A DNA stretch of 63,323 bases, filler included, from Octopus bimaculoides (lineage: Eukaryota): the NCBI RefSeq assembly GCF_001194135.2. It is 4 parts of 4 records of this genome, joined end to end, with 100 filler letters (N's around TTAATTAATTAA, not from the genome) between each part and the next. Parts side by side here need not be neighbours in the genome. Positions count along the whole stretch, not along the records: positions 1 to 16,406 come from NC_068984.1; positions 16,507 to 30,838 come from NC_068982.1; 2 more parts are not named here. One strand, written 5' to 3'. Below are positions 12,411 through 26,130 of the stretch, piece after piece; position 1 is the stretch's first letter; every line of letters begins with the position of its first letter. The notes beneath the pieces are model-generated. The model saw nothing but the letters and a program-made list of their open reading frames with translations. It was not told the DNA's origin and made no database searches. The position numbers and the translations under genes were made by a program.

Positions 12411-12979
12411 NNNNNNNNNNNNNNNNNNNNNNNNNNNNNNNNNNNNNNNNNNNNNNNNNNNNNNNNNNNNNNNNNNNNNNNNNNNNNNNNNNNNNNNNNN
12501 NNNNNNNNNNNNNNNNNNNNNNNNNNNNNNNNNNNNNNNNNNNNNNNNNNNNNNNNNNNNNNNNNNNNNNNNNNNNNNNNNNNNNNNNNNNNNNNNNNNN
12601 NNNNNNNNNNNNNNNNNNNNNNNNNNNNNNNNNNNNNNNNNNNNNNNNNNNNNNNNNNNNNNNNNNNNNNNNNNNNNNNNNNNNNNNNNNNNNNNNNNNN
12701 NNNNNNNNNNNNNNNNNNNNNNNNNNNNNNNNNNNNNNNNNNNNNNNNNNNNNNNNNNNNNNNNNNNNNNNNNNNNNNNNNNNNNNNNNNNNNNNNNNNN
12801 NNNNNNNNNNNNNNNNNNNNNNNNNNNNNNNNNNNNNNNNNNNNNNNNNNNNNNNNNNNNNNNNNNNNNNNNNNNNNNNNNNNNNNNNNNNNNNNNNNNN
12901 NNNNNNNNNNNNNNNNNNNNNNNNNNNNNNNNNNNNNNNNNNNNNNNNNNNNNNNNNNNNNNNNNNNNNNNNNNNNNNN

Positions 12980-13024
<45 letters not shown>

Positions 13025-14429
13025 ACCGCGGGCCTGTGTTTGCTCTTAGCCACTGTTTGGCAAAAGAAACTGACAGAATAATTAATAGGCTTTAGTAACA
13101 AAATTACTGGGGGTCAATTCATTTGACAAGAATTCTTCAACGCAATGACCTAGCTTCACCATGTTGAATGAGTGAACAATGTAAAAGATACAACCTAGGT
13201 AAATTTCTAATATGAATATAGTTAAAATATTACTGAGTGAAATTTGCCCATGATTACATTATACAGCAATATCAGACCAGAATAATATATATCGTTTCAG
13301 ACTGTTTTTGGATTTGCAACAGATATTGGAAAAGTTTATTACTACTTTGTTTCTACCTAGAGACCTCTCGTAAATAGTTTCAGATAAACTTTCCATTACA
13401 TAACTTCACTGACTCCGAATATTTATTGATCTTATTAATTGATGTACAGCTATACGAAACACATATACAATTCAATATGCGCATGAAACTTGAGAGCTCA
13501 CTTCACCAGAAAGAATGGTGAGGCATTAGTGAGGTATGAGGAGCAATAAACGTGGAAATATAATTAGTGATCAGCCAATCATAATCTCGTTATGAACGAT
13601 CGCACCATTATTCAGCTAATGAACACTGGCCTGAAGCTCCATCAGTTGACCGTGAAAATAATCTATGTTAAAATGAAATGACGTCTATTACGAACTTTAT
13701 CTAATTGTATAATTTCCATCTGTCTTAATTGGATCCATAAGCGCGCTCATTCACTTCTCAAGTGTGATATATGTATTCATCAAAGTGTATAACTGCTGAT
13801 AATATATTTTGCTGATTTTAGATAACAAAGAGAAAAAAAGGAGTTATTATTAAAATACATTTGGAAATATCTTTATATTATACAGTTATTAATTTCATAT
13901 AAAGTGTGGCAGTATAGTTCAGTAATGAAAACAGCATATACTATGATAAATTGCTTTGAATTTGTGACCCTGTGTAACTTCGTCTGAATCATATGACAAT
14001 TTTCGTTCAATTAACTGTTACATAATTAGACAATATATCCCACCTAAACTCTATGTCATTACATGTTCTGAATGTATATTGTATTTGGACTGATTGTGAT
14101 TGTAATCTATTTTCTGAGCTGTCTAATTTATGCTCAAGACAAGCAAATTTCAAAAGAAGGTTTAGACGATACCATTTGAAACCCTAAAGGACGAATGATA
14201 AAGTAGATGAGAAGGGGATTGAAACGTGAGGATGTGGAGAGAAATATACAAGATTATTGTGTCTCACGTTTTAATTATACTGTTCATTGGTCACTATTTT
14301 ATTGACTTTAATGTGTCAATGATATACTTAAGTTTAATTAGATGAACAAAGAGGCACTTAATGTCACATAAAAAACATACCATTTTTCAGCCTAAACTTC
14401 GCTAATTTAATACATCTGGCGTAAGTTTT

Positions 14430-15705
14430 ACTACACCACTATCCACACTGCCCTTGCCAGGGCACTTCCGTGGACCGTACCTCTGCTCTTTCTCCCCACA
14501 CCCGCCCCATCATTCTCCGTCTCCCGTTTCTCTTCACCTACCATACCTCCACCCTTCCCCTCCAACGCACCATTCTTCGAGCAATCTGGCGACACCAGTC
14601 CCACCCCTCCACTTTGCACATCTCCCCCAACCTAACCCTTCCCTCCTTCAAACGAGACCACAAACTGCGTGATCTCCTGGTCCACAGATTCTTCCCTAAC
14701 CCCACAAACTTGCCTGCTTCTTTCTCCTCTTCCCACCCACGCTGCCGCACTTGCCCCTGCTTCTCGAAAACCACCCTCCTCACAGGCATCGATCATCGTC
14801 CCTATCACATCACCGACTTCTTCACTTGCGCTTACAGTAACGTCATTTGACGCATCTACTTTTTCTGCTCTTCCCTGTAGATCGGTCAGACGGGACGCTG
14901 CTTGGCAGACCGAATCGCAGAGCACCTCCGAGACGTAAGACTCGGCAATGACTGTCCTGTCTCGTCCCATTTCCGCTCTACCGGTCATTCGTTATAACAT
15001 CTGTCTGTGTTTGGACTGTTTTTGCACAGGAGTCATATGGACTTCCGCCTTTGCCGTGAACCAAAATTAATGTTCTCTCTTCGCTCTCTTACGCCACTTG
15101 GGCTCAAATCCCCTCTTCATTGATACCTCTTTTCATGCACCACCCCACCACCCACACACGCCACACACACAACCACACACCTTAACCCAACACCCTACCC
15201 CACACACACCACACCTACACCTCACCCCAAACCTACACTCCATACTACGACTCCACCCTACACCACTCCACACCACTCCCCTGCGCCCATACCACACACG
15301 ATGTCCAATACTGTCACCATACATATCACTATATGAGCAGCCACACTTTACAGACGTGCACACTTACACACGCACACACCCAAAGTCACTAGTCCTTGTT
15401 CATACGCACACACATTCAAACACAACATTCTCGCATGCACACACACACACGCACGTGAACCTCCATTGGGATTGCCATAAATGTGTTACTTCCCTTTCTC
15501 CGAACCTCTTCTATCAAACATTTTTTTCTTATCAGTCGCCATGCTTGACCGCTAAATCCACAAGATATTTACCCTCTCCGTTTCTGTTTACTTCCTCTTA
15601 TTCTTCTCTGTTGAACAATGTAGGCTCGAATCGTAAAATACTTTTTCATTTCTCATTTCCCCGAGAGTCAAATTAATGCAGCTTCTTGTTCTTCATACAC
15701 TTGTC
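14430..15705 (+). mobile_element. Penelope-like retroelement, 5'-truncated (RT linker, GIY-YIG endonuclease, terminal repeat)
   Basis: LPFLFTYH..FKRDHKLRDLLVH..HPRCRTCP..FTCAYSNVI, then IGQTGRCLADRIAEHLRDV..HFRSTGHS..HLSVFGL. A CA-rich tract and the terminal segment shared with 1-240 and 62495-62620 follow. Confidence 0.85.
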
Positions 15706-16529
15706 TTTGTCTTTTGTGTTTCTATAAATATTTATTGCAACGTAGAAGGTGTTAGATTGACTTCAACATTCAGATCAAAATTTAAATGTTGAGAATCTCA
15801 CGGTTTCTGTGTGTTTTTTAAATGGGTTATAATCACCTTCGATCTTGCAATTGTTTTTCTTTCAGCACGAGATCACAGACCAGGTGGTTTGCTATGCAAG
15901 TACATATCCGTAATGTATATNNNNNNNNNNNNNNNNNNNNNNNNNNNNNNNNNNNNNNNNNNNNNNNNNNNNNNNNNNNNNNNNNNNNNNNNNNNNNNNN
16001 NNNNNNNNNNNNNNNNNNNNNNNNNNNNNNNNNNNNNNNNNNNNNNNNNNNNNNNNNNNNNNNNNNNNNNNNNNNNNNNNNNNNNNNNNNNNNNNNNNNN
16101 NNNNNNNNNNNNNNNNNNNNNNNNNNNNNNNNNNNNNNNNNNNNNNTATATATTTACATATGCATATATGCGTCCATACGTCACCAAATGTGCAAAGAAC
16201 ATGAAATATGTACAAACAAGACATGTATACACAGGGAAGGGGCCCTTCATCAGTTGTCGGCTGTCTATCTACTTATTTCGAGCATTTAACGACTGTTGCT
16301 CCGATAAATTCTGTAATAAAATTTTGGATTTATGGAGGGTCAAATTTGGGAACAGAATCAGTTGGTGACGTCTTGTACATATATATGCATATGTATGTGT
16401 GTATGTNNNNNNNNNNNNNNNNNNNNNNNNNNNNNNNNNNNNNNNNNNNNTTAATTAATTAANNNNNNNNNNNNNNNNNNNNNNNNNNNNNNNNNNNNNN
16501 NNNNNNTTTTCTCTCTTTCTCTCTCTCTG

Positions 16530-16845
16530 AAAGTATCTGTCATTACAGTATCGAAATGTGAATTGTTTCAGTTAGTGGAATAGTTTCAATTTTAAAGTGA
16601 AAGTATTTGACATGAGTGTTTTTGTTTCACTTTTGACACGTAATACTTAAATAGTGGAGGAGATATTATGTTGCCGTGGGCTCGAACTCTGCAAGAAGTT
16701 AAAAAAATTTTTTGACTAAAACACAACTGGAACCCTAAGTAAGGCATCTGTAAAATTTGAATGAAATTGGTTGCGTAGTTCTCGAGTTTTAGGGATTCAC
16801 ACAGACAGACAGACAGACACACATTCTCATTTTTATATATATAGA
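16530..16845 (-). mobile_element. Non-autonomous Helitron-like 5' end
   Basis: The minus strand begins A/TCTATATATATAAAAATGAGAATGTGTGTCTGTCTGTCTG: a 5'-TC after A followed by (GTCT)n, typical of Helitron-derived elements. No 3' CTRR end is visible because of the gap. Confidence 0.45.
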
Positions 16846-18702
16846 TAGACATCCAACGATTTTAAGAGGGAGGAAAAAATATTTTTGTTTTAATATTATA
16901 CTTTTACTTCGTTTCACACATACATGCAAAAACTCTAACGTGTTTTTTTTTAGATGAATTTATCGTTTGTTGTCTCTTCACACACTTCGTTACCACTAAC
17001 TTCTATAACTTCCGCATTTTCACTTATTCATTTCAAACTTCTTTGAATTTTCGATCCAATGTAATCCACACTCTCTCGAAAACGTATTTCTGCAAAATGT
17101 TATCTAAAATTATGGGTAAAGAAAGAAATAGCAAAAACTATTTGAAAATGGGGGTGGGGGTGAAATTTCCGAGGGTTTCACTCCACCCCACACTGTTTTC
17201 TGAACCCAAAAAAGGCTTTTGCAGCATATTAAAAGGTCACCGGAATTCATTCAACGAAAAAAAAAGAAAAATTTCCAATGTTTCCGGGATGGGGTGGGGC
17301 GGTTTTCCACTCCACCTTTTTTCCGAAAAAAATAAGGGGTTTACAGCATATTAGGAGGTCAGGGTACTTGNNNNNNNNNNNNNNNNNNNNNNNNNNNNNN
17401 NNNNNNNNNNNNNNNNNNNNNNNNNNNNNNNNNNNNNNNNNNNNNNNNNNNNNNNNNNNNNNNNNNNNNNNNNNNNNNNNNNNNNNNNNNNNNNNNNNNN
17501 NNNNNNNNNNNNNNNNNNNNNNNNNNNNNNNNNNNNNNNNNNNNNNNNNNNNNNNNNNNNNNNNNNNNNNNNNNNNNNNNNNNNNNNNNNNNNNNNNNNN
17601 NNNNNNNNNNNNNNNNNNNNNNNNNNNNNNNNNNNNNNNNNNNNNNNNNNNNNNNNNNNNNNNNNNNNNNNNNNNNNNNNNNNNNNNNNNNNNNNNNNNN
17701 NNNNNNNNNNNNNNNNNNNNNNNNNNNNNNNNNNNNNNNNNNNNNNNNNNNNNNNNNNNNNNNNNNNNNNNNNNNNNNNNNNNNNAGAAGCATTTAAAAG
17801 GTAAATAAAGGTCGTGATTTATTCGACCAAAAAAGAAAAAAAAAAACATTTCTGTAAAGAAAAAATAAATAGATAAAAAGGTTCTGATTTAAATCATTGT
17901 TTCATTGTTCAAAAGACCATAATTTTCAGTCGTGAATTAACCTAAGAACAATTTCTTTTTAGCACGCAATCTTGATAAGTTACATCAAATCTCCGTTAGC
18001 ACTTCAAAACTACAAATATATAAATATTGTCGGTGTTCGATGATTCTTGCGTTTTAACATGCGTTGCAATTCTATAAACGCTACAGATTGAAAAATCCAA
18101 CTGTAATGGCAGGTCTTATGTCTTTTATTTGGTAAGTACTACTCGTTCAGAAATGAAACAAGTGTGTGTGTTTCAAAAACTTGCAGGTCTTAGGGGCTCT
18201 TTAAAAAAATCCACTCACATTGTGTATTTACAGAGATAACTGTCTATTATTGAATTGTTGTTTAGTGCCAGATCGGTCATGATTAAGCGAACCCACAGTC
18301 AAAAGTATTCTGGCCATTGTGATCCCTTCTTTTCAGGTATAGTTTATCTCAGACCACATTATTCAATGTATGCCTTTTAGAGACAGCAGGATGTGATTTG
18401 AGATGGATTTGGCTGTTACTTCTTGCGAGTGGAGCGACTACGTAACAGCTCCACATTTGAAGGCTAAATAAAAAAAAAAACAATAGGTTGTTACGTCCTG
18501 ATCAATGTTAGTAAGGTTCGTTCAGCAATTTCATTAATTCTTATGGTGACCTTAGAATAATGCTGACAAGAAACAAACAAGCATTCGATAGCTGAGAGAC
18601 AGGGATTGCCAAAAAATTTTTTTTTATTTTCACAACTGTTGATGGCGGACTTTTGGAACAGTTATCACTACTTTTGTCGGAAATAAAAAAAGAACGGGGA
18701 CT

Positions 18703-18885
18703 ACTAAAGCAGAGTGGTCCCGAACGCGCAGTCGCGCGTCCGCGCTAGCTAGTCGTGCGTGGTCGATCCTACAAAAAGTGCGCGTGCGCAAATAAATACA
18801 TGTGTTTAGGGTTAGGGTTAGGGTTAGGATCGACCACTCACGACTAGCTAGCGCGGTCGCGCGTTCGGGACCACTCTGGTTTAGT
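18703..18885. repeat. CpG-rich fold-back (69/61-bp arms) enclosing (TTAGGG)3+TTAGG
   Basis: Arms 18703-18771 and 18825-18885 are reverse complements apart from 3 mismatches and an 8-nt indel. Telomeric hexamers lie at 18806-18828. Confidence 0.85.
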
Positions 18886-19469
18886 CGTACCAAGAACGGG
18901 ACTGTAGGACAAAGAAAGATGTAGGTAAAAAACCTAAATTTAAAAAAATTCAGAATCGTAATGCCCGTTGTAAGGAAGAAAGGAATGTCAAAAACACGAA
19001 GGTAAAAAAAAAAAAAATGAAATAAAACAAAACAAAAAGGAATAACTACCCAACTTGTCTTTTTCCCTTCCCCCATATAACACTGCTCTACCAGCTTTCT
19101 TTCATTCATCACTAAAGGGGTGAAAGCTAAATGTTGCCGTTTTTTTTAATTTTTTGTTCTCTGGTGAATGTGAAAATGCCATTAAGTATTGAAGTTTTCA
19201 ATGCGAAATTAGCTTTATCTGTATTTGTATTCTGTCTATATGTAATAGTTCTTTGTAGTATAGGCACAAGGCCTGGAATTTTTGTGGGGGTAGGAGACTC
19301 GTCGCTTATATCGACCCCAGGCTCAACTGGTACTTATTTTTGTAGTTTCATTTTGCCATACCAGTGTAGGTTTTTTTTCTTCGATTTTTTTTTTTTTGTT
19401 AACGAAAATCTTTATTGTCTTTATTGAAAATACTAATCTGATATAATCTAGATAATTTGATATTTACAT

Positions 19470-19886
19470 CTCTCTTTTACTCTCTTTTACTGGTTTCAGT
19501 CATTTGACTGTGGCCATGCTGGAGCACCGCCTTTAGTCGAGCAAATCGATCCCAGGACTTATTCTTTGTAAGCCTAGTACATATTCTATCGGTCTGTTTT
19601 GCCGAACCGCTAGGTTACGGAGACGTAAACACTCCAGCATAGGTTGTCAAGTGATGTTGGGGGACAAACACAAACACACACACACACACACTCACACACA
19701 CATATATATATACACATATATACGGCGGGCTTCTTTCAGTTTCCGTCTACCAAATCCACTCACAAGGCTTTGGTCGGCCTGGGGCTATAGTAGAAGACAC
19801 TTGCCCAAGGTGCCACGCAGTGGGACTGAACCCAGAACCATGTGGTTGGTAAGCAAGCTACTTACCACACAGCCATTCCTGCGCCT
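19470..19886 (-). mobile_element. tRNA-derived SINE (abundant octopus-type family)
   Basis: Minus-strand head aggcgcaggaatggctgtgtggtaag..ggttcagtccc carries A- and B-box-like motifs. Related copies occur at about 20412-20887, 26620-26790, 27010-27160, 29530-29695, 36370-36530, 49200-49520, 50040-50200 and 51290-51480. Confidence 0.85.
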
Positions 19887-22800
19887 ATATACATATATAA
19901 CACGTACGTATATATAATACAAAACCACATTAAAATACAATTCTAAAACCGAAGAAAACAAAAACACAAGCGAAGAAAGCAAAGAAGAAAAAAAGGAAGA
20001 AAGGAAAAAGACTTATTCGACCGATTCCAAAAGGATAAAAGACTATGTCAACCTTGGCAAAATTTGAACTCAGAACATAAAGAGAGACAAAATGCTTAGT
20101 GGCACTTTTGCAAGACAAGATGCTTAGTGACATTTTGTCCAGCATGCTCATCATTCTGACAGCTCACTGGCTTATAGCCTATATGTAATAAGACAGAAAT
20201 AAATCTTGTACTCTCACTTACCTGAAGTAGTAATTCAAATTTTAGGGTGGCCTCTATATCTGAAATTGCTAATTAAAATTAGAAATTGTGCTTGTTTTGT
20301 AATTTCATTGGCACTGAAAAGTGTCATTGGTTAATAAATAAGAATTTAATCCAACAACCCCAACTGGTTATTATATCATATCTTGAGGTAGAACATGTCA
20401 GAATTTATCAGGCACAGACATGGCTGTGTGGTAAGAAGTTTGCTTCCCACCCACACCACATAGTTGTCACATGTGTATGTGTGTGTGTGTTTGTGTCTGA
20501 AGATGTTCTCCATCGTCGCTTGACAATTAGTGTTGTGCTTACATCTCCATAGCCTAGCAGTTCAGCAAAAGGGGTCAATAGAATAAGTACTTAACAAAAA
20601 AAAATACTGGAATCAATTCATTCAACTATAAATTCTTCAAGGCAGTGCTCCACCATGGCCACAGTCTAATGACTGAAACAAGTAAAAGACAAACACACAC
20701 ACATATATAGATAGATAAATATATGACAGGCTTCTTTCAGTTTCCGTCTACCAAATCCACTCACAAGGCTTTGGTCAGCCTAAGGCTATAGTAGAAGACA
20801 CATACCCAAGGTGCCATACAGTGGAACTGAACCCAAAACCACGTGGTTGGGAAGCAAGCTTCTTACCACACAGCCATGCCTGCACCTATCAATAGTTCTC
20901 AACCATTTCTTACCTACGGGCCACTTTGATTACTACTTTAATCTGGTGGACCCCCATAGTCTCTCGATGTTTAAAAACTAATAACTCAAAGTGGGTGTTG
21001 TATTGCTTTTATTGATGTTGTTTAACCTTGAGTCAATTGCAATGAACGAACCTAAGATCTGGGGTCTGAGTTTACATATATGCCCTTATTTACTTTTCAT
21101 TTGTCTCCTTTCTTCCAGTCATACTTGCTCATTTTTGATGGGCAACATCCTCTCCTTTGCAGCATGGACTTGCTCCAGTTGGGAGATGGGTGAAGCTCAT
21201 CAACAAATGTGAAAAAGGACTTGGATTGTTAGTTATAGAGCAGAGTAAATCAACTGAGAAAGTTTCGGACAATTTGCAACTGAAATATGTTTTCTACTCT
21301 CTTTTTGACTAAGCTCATTAAAATGCAAGTTACTGAGTTCATAGCTGAATGGAATAAAATACTTGAAGTGCTGTAATTTGTCTGTGAATTACATTTTTCA
21401 ACCCACAACCAACAATTGAGATATTTGGTGAGTGCTGGACATCACTGATGTTTTGTCTCCCTGCTGTATCAGGTGATGCTTATGAAGTTAGCTGATCCAG
21501 CACCTCAGTTTCAAAATCACCTGTGATTACGCCATGAATGTTTTGGGTTGCTTCAAAACATTTTGGGGTGGACATGAGTATTCTCTGATGCACTGCATAA
21601 TTAATGGAGAATGTATACCACATGTATTCTCTACCAGTTTTATAATTAATGAAATTAAGAACACAAGGCAAAGTAGTTCCAGCCATGTCCATCCTGTCTA
21701 TCAGTCAAATAATGTTCCCTTATTCACTGGTACACCTTTCTCATCAGCTCAGTGAGCAGTAGTGTAATTTGATATTGTGTTTGTTATTCCCATTTGCAAC
21801 TGCTTCAGTCAAGTCATTGTGCATAAATAATAAATGCCATATTGTTAGCTAACCTTTAATAATTTCCCTAATATGTTTATCCCTAGTGAATTTCACTTGT
21901 TGATATCATTGGAAATAATTAGACCCACTTTTTTATTAATCAAATATGTGATCAGTGCTCCTCTACCTTAAACTTATTGAACATTGTACTATAAGCTCTC
22001 TTACAACACTGCTATACTAGTACCCTTAAATCTATCTACTCAATATGCTTAGAATCTTTGTTCTCAGAGATATAGGTTGGATTCTTACTGACCACCCTAT
22101 TTTTATTAACTTTCACTTTTGCTTTGTATAACTACATAAAAAATCCCCATTCTATTTAATCCTTTGATATCAATCTACATGAGACTGTTCCCAGTTTTAT
22201 AATACAAACTTTCTGTTTTAAAGCGATCTAAATTCAAGCCTTTCATCAAAATTACATGTTAATTTATGTTCCAATCACTAATTTAATAACAAGTTATTTT
22301 ACTAAATTCTTCATTATTTTCCAAATTGATTGAAACTAAGGTTGTGTATCTCAATAGAAATATGGTAATGAAGAGGTTAAAATAAAACACAAATTTATTG
22401 AATTTTAGTTTACTGAAAAGAAATAAAATCTAAATCAGCTGTTGATTCAAAAACAACTAGAATCTAAAAGAATCTGTCTTTCCCTTTCTTACCAGCAACG
22501 CTTGAAAATATACAATACGACCAAACATCACACACAACAACATAATCACACTACACATAGAAAACTAAACTACTAAGAGTTACAATATTCATGCAAAAAG
22601 AAGAGGTAAAGATAACAAAACAAGGTACAAAGATATTTAGAGCACTTACAGTTATCACATTTGGTCAACAGAAAGAAACAACAACAATGATATAAAAACA
22701 ATATATTAAATCTACCTGACTATGTCAGGCATACATAAGCCCTCGATCTCTCCACATCAAATTACCATGCTTTAAATAGAACACAAAACAATGCACTACA

Positions 22801-24342
22801 CTTCATGATATGCTTTATTCTATGTACTGTATATATGTTTTTAGCTACCCTTTCTGATGAGTTGTAGTGTACCTGAGCACTGTATACAATGAGCTCATTA
22901 CATTATAATGGACCACACACATGGACAACCTACACAACAAAACAAAATTGCTGAAAATTAAAGTACATATAGATATACTAAGGACACAGTTTGTTGCCAA
23001 ATAAATCTTCAGTCCTCATAGTTCCTGACAGTATATGAATCTTCCAAACACCTAAACAGGTGCAATATCACAGAACACTACTACAAAACATAATCTCTAC
23101 CACTTAGCCCAGACAATAATGGGGAAAAAAACAACACATATACACAGAATTAGCTGCAACTTGACTATCACCACAGGTCCCAAATACTGTGCTGTGATTC
23201 ACCGTACTAACAATAAGTGCACAGGGCCAGCAACTGTTGCATTCTGACTGAGATCAATTTGGCCACTTTTAGCCAGCACCAGAATCTGCAGATATGCAGC
23301 AGTAGACTTGACAGTGCAGACTGTGCAATACATCCAGATTAATAAATTACACCCCATGTGATTTATCACTACATGTTGGATTGTGCATTATGCTACTCGG
23401 TTAGACAGAGATAATATAACAAAGAAGGATTTGTGGCTTGTACCATGTCATTGTTCTGACAACTTATGTACAAAGTTATTGCTTTTTCAGAGCTCATCTG
23501 GAGCTACATAACAATTACAACAACAACATACTTCATTATAAGAATCATCTGATTAAAAGTTGAAGTGATTGCAATTTGATTCTTCAATTTTGTTGGAAAT
23601 TGTTCAAAAACAAACATCCCAAAAGACAAATTATATTTTAATTACTAACGAAGATTATATACCATTATAACAGAGAAGAAAATATAGTAACATAATCTTA
23701 TGGTATGTTGGAATATTATTTGGAACATTTTCTCTGTCGTGATTCAAAACATGTTACACAGCAGTAGTTTCCCCTTACCTGCTTCAAGTCCATGGAATGA
23801 TTTGAGGTTGGCATACATAGAAAGCTAATTAAATACTTGCCAAATATACAGTTCCCAAACAAACTATAACAATGAACTGTGATCTATTTACAGCTGAGTG
23901 GTATCAGTTTTTTTAAATTTAGAAGTTACATTTATGTATTTATTTTGCAATATTTTTGATGTGAAGTCGTATGTTGAAACAGACATTGTTACATTTCAAG
24001 ACGGTCATTTTTTTTTTTTTGCCAAATAAACACAAGCACTATATATTTGTTCTTCACTTCAGCTTTATTATTATTCTTATTTGAGTGGCCTTTGTCTGAA
24101 ATCTTTTGTCACACATCTTGTGACCTCTTCAGTGAATCTCCATTCCACATGTCTCCCCTTGTTCTGTTTAGACCATTTCAGACAAAGGACACTAAAATAA
24201 GAATAATAATAAAGCTGAAGTGAGAAACGAATGTACAGTGTGTGTTTGTTATTGGGGGAAAAAAAAATTACCATCTAAAATATAACAATAAATTTGAAAG
24301 TCTTTTTCATATAAAAATATAATGCTAGTGAAAACATCTGAA

Positions 24343-26130
24343 CAGTGTTGCCAACCTAAATTTCAATTGAAAAAATAGTAAACAAATACTAAAACATGCT
24401 AAATATGACAAAAAAATGCTAGACTAATTATATCAAAAAGCTTAATTTTTATTTACTTTCTTTAATTATATTCAGCATTGAGAAATAATTTCTTGGATTT
24501 CACTGATTTGATCACTTTCAGCTGCAGTGCCTAAATCTTGACTTCTGTATACATTCAAGGTCCCAATCATGTTAATTATGTGTCTTGGAATATCGAAGTT
24601 TTTGCAACATTTGCCATATTTTCTCAGGCCATATTTTATAGACAGTATTGATCTGAGCATAGGTAGATGCATTTTGTTTTTCAAGTTTGATTTAATTACA
24701 CCCATACTACTGAATAACTGTTGCAACTTCTGCATTTGAGTTTGGCAATGTCAATAGATTAATGGCAAAATTTGCAGCATCTCTAAAAGGATTTCCTCCA
24801 GTAGCATCTTTATATTCCAAGACTTCCAGCCAGAATGCCTCAGCATTAGATGTATCTGTCCATTTAACTAAATGAATGCTACTAAACTAAACTGAATTTC
24901 AATTGAAGCAATTTTTTCTTCATTTAAATGTATTGCTTCTAAGACAGGTAAAATTGGCTGTTTGAAATGCTGCAAAATATTCTCTACTGAAAAACATTTG
25001 AGATTCCTCAGTATATTAATATTTCCTGGCAAACGGTGCTTGAGCTCTTTATAAAGGCAGAATAAATATTGTTGTGCTCTTTTGCGAATATTATTTTCTT
25101 CGGTGGCTGTTACAGTTTTCTTGATAATCATTTCTGCTATCTTTCTCTCAAACCTATTGCCTAAATTTGGTTTAGGATCCAGAAATTTTTCAATAGAAGC
25201 ATCCGGACCAAGAGGATAAATTCTACATGTTGGCAACACTATCATATTAGCAACAGATTTGATCAAATTTGAAAGATCTTCAAGTAATTTTGTTTTGTCG
25301 ACAGTGTTTGATTCAAACAGTTTATTCACTTCCTGAGCATGTTTTAAAATTGGATGCAAAAATAAAAGGTAAAGTTCATTCCTAGAATCACAAGACATTT
25401 CATGTAACGTTTGTACTGTAAAGCACTTTTCTTTTGTAGTTGTAGTTTGGAAGTGAGTTTGCAATTCAAACCATTGGCATAAAATTCTATTTACTGCTGG
25501 TTCTATTGACAGCCACCTAGTTGTGCAAGAATTCACGATCTTCAAAGGCTCTTTATCATTGATAGCAAGGTAAAGTTGCTTGTAGGCACTTTGTCTTGTT
25601 GAAGAATGAGAGGACCATTTATAGGTTTCGGATACTAAAAATTCTAAATTCATGGGCTAGCATACACATCTAAATAAAGATAATGATGGAACTTCTTTTA
25701 ATTTCTGGAAAACACTATTGTTGACTCCTATCATTACTCTAGCATTGTCAGTTCCTATAGCCAGTAAATTATTTATATCTAATTTCTTTTTCACTAATTC
25801 AATTTTTAAGGTATCTATAATGCCATCTGCATCACATGTTTCTAAAGATACCATACTGAGATATGTATGTACCACTTTTTTGTGAGTGTCACTATTATAT
25901 ATGATAGCAATTCCTAACAACTTGTTTATTGATATATCATTGGATTCATCTAATAACAGGCTAAATTTTCTATCTCCTATATCAGAAATCAAATCTCCAT
26001 CAAAATATGGAGCTAGAACATTTCTCACAATATTTGCACATTTTGTACATCACTACAGAATAAAGCTTTGTTAGGACGAATTTCCATGCTTTCATTTCAA
26101 CATATTTACATTACTGTGTAGTGAGTTCAG
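24343..26130 (-). mobile_element. hAT-superfamily transposon (ZBED/ZNF862-like transposase), inactivated, upstream end lost in gap
   Basis: FSLLLDESND (first D), AIGTDNA (second D), CVC*, TTRWLS and the C-terminal LFSSMGVIK..NKM dimerisation region appear in ORFs 25657-26028, 24868-25653 and 24472-24735. A hAT-type TIR cagtgttgccaac starts at 24343. Confidence 0.9.

Noticed and set aside
16451-16462. TTAATTAATTAA islands inside N runs (also at about 30883 and 62072)
   Set aside because: An identical 12-mer with stops in all six frames, centred in equal N padding, is a scaffolding spacer rather than biological sequence.
19790-19886. tRNA-like A/B boxes as tRNA genes (many SINE heads)
   Set aside because: They continue into SINE bodies and tails, lack a complete cloverleaf, and occur as diverged dispersed copies.
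21190-21760. Faint LINE-like peptide traces (KDLGL)
   Set aside because: Too degraded to assign a family or boundaries.
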